This document shows, piece after piece, positions 63,761-64,000 of a stretch of 64,000 bases of DNA. The position numbers and the translations under genes were made by a program. Source of the DNA: Paragordius varius (taxonomy: Eukaryota > Animalia > Nematomorpha); contig OZ176050.1 in NCBI GenBank assembly GCA_964247055.1, positions 3,534,001 through 3,598,000 of the forward strand, written 5' to 3'. Positions within the stretch are counted from its first letter, which is position 1. Each line of letters begins with the position of its first letter. A model generated the notes under the pieces. The model was not told where the DNA came from, ran no database searches, and worked only from the letters and a program-made list of their open reading frames with translations.

Positions 63761-64000
63761 TTTTCCAAGCCTTGCTTATCATACCTCTTTTTTTATATAT
63801 AGAATTTTTAATTTCATTATTATCGATTATAAATTACTTTTAGTTTTAAGAAATGAAAGATAATTAAAAAAATTCATTTTTTATTTTACGTTAGTATCTA
63901 CATAAATTTTACTAAATTGGTTTTTAGTTGTGAACACCTTGATGCAACTATCATAATTATCCCCAACCGCCAATATGATATTCAAGTTTTTAGCTCTAGC

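Noticed and set aside
1-64000. tRNA, rRNA or snRNA genes and bacterial horizontally transferred genes
   Set aside because: None recognised by eye; a tRNAscan/Infernal run would be needed to exclude small ncRNAs.

Overview
AT-rich animal genomic DNA, roughly 25% GC by eye. It is probably an ecdysozoan invertebrate because it carries a cuticlin/dusky-style ZP gene, but the species cannot be identified from sequence alone. Five intron-containing genes can be reconstructed: TBC1D23 (-, 19 exons), a large transmembrane ZP-domain protein (+), SPRING1/C12orf49 (+), CNOT9/Rcd1 (-) and RABGGTA (+). An unidentified, triplicated exon-like unit lies at 1.5-2.7 kb. Much of the rest is decayed hAT, piggyBac-like and Tc1/mariner-like MITEs, RTE-type LINE fragments, (TA)n tracts and a ~150-bp satellite. 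Main result: TBC1D23, CNOT9 and RABGGTA each need GT-AG introns of only 22-30 nt (12 in total) to keep their conserved reading frames. These tiny introns sit only in the first ~0.15-0.85 kb of each gene, while the confidently placed downstream introns are 100-2100 nt. Second result: a ~4.9-kb palindrome (52.06-56.99 kb) with nested MITE palindromes and a scrambled Cys/His-Pro-acidic ORF at its centre. No tRNA, rRNA or CRISPR array was recognised. All homology calls come from recalled family motifs, not database searches.
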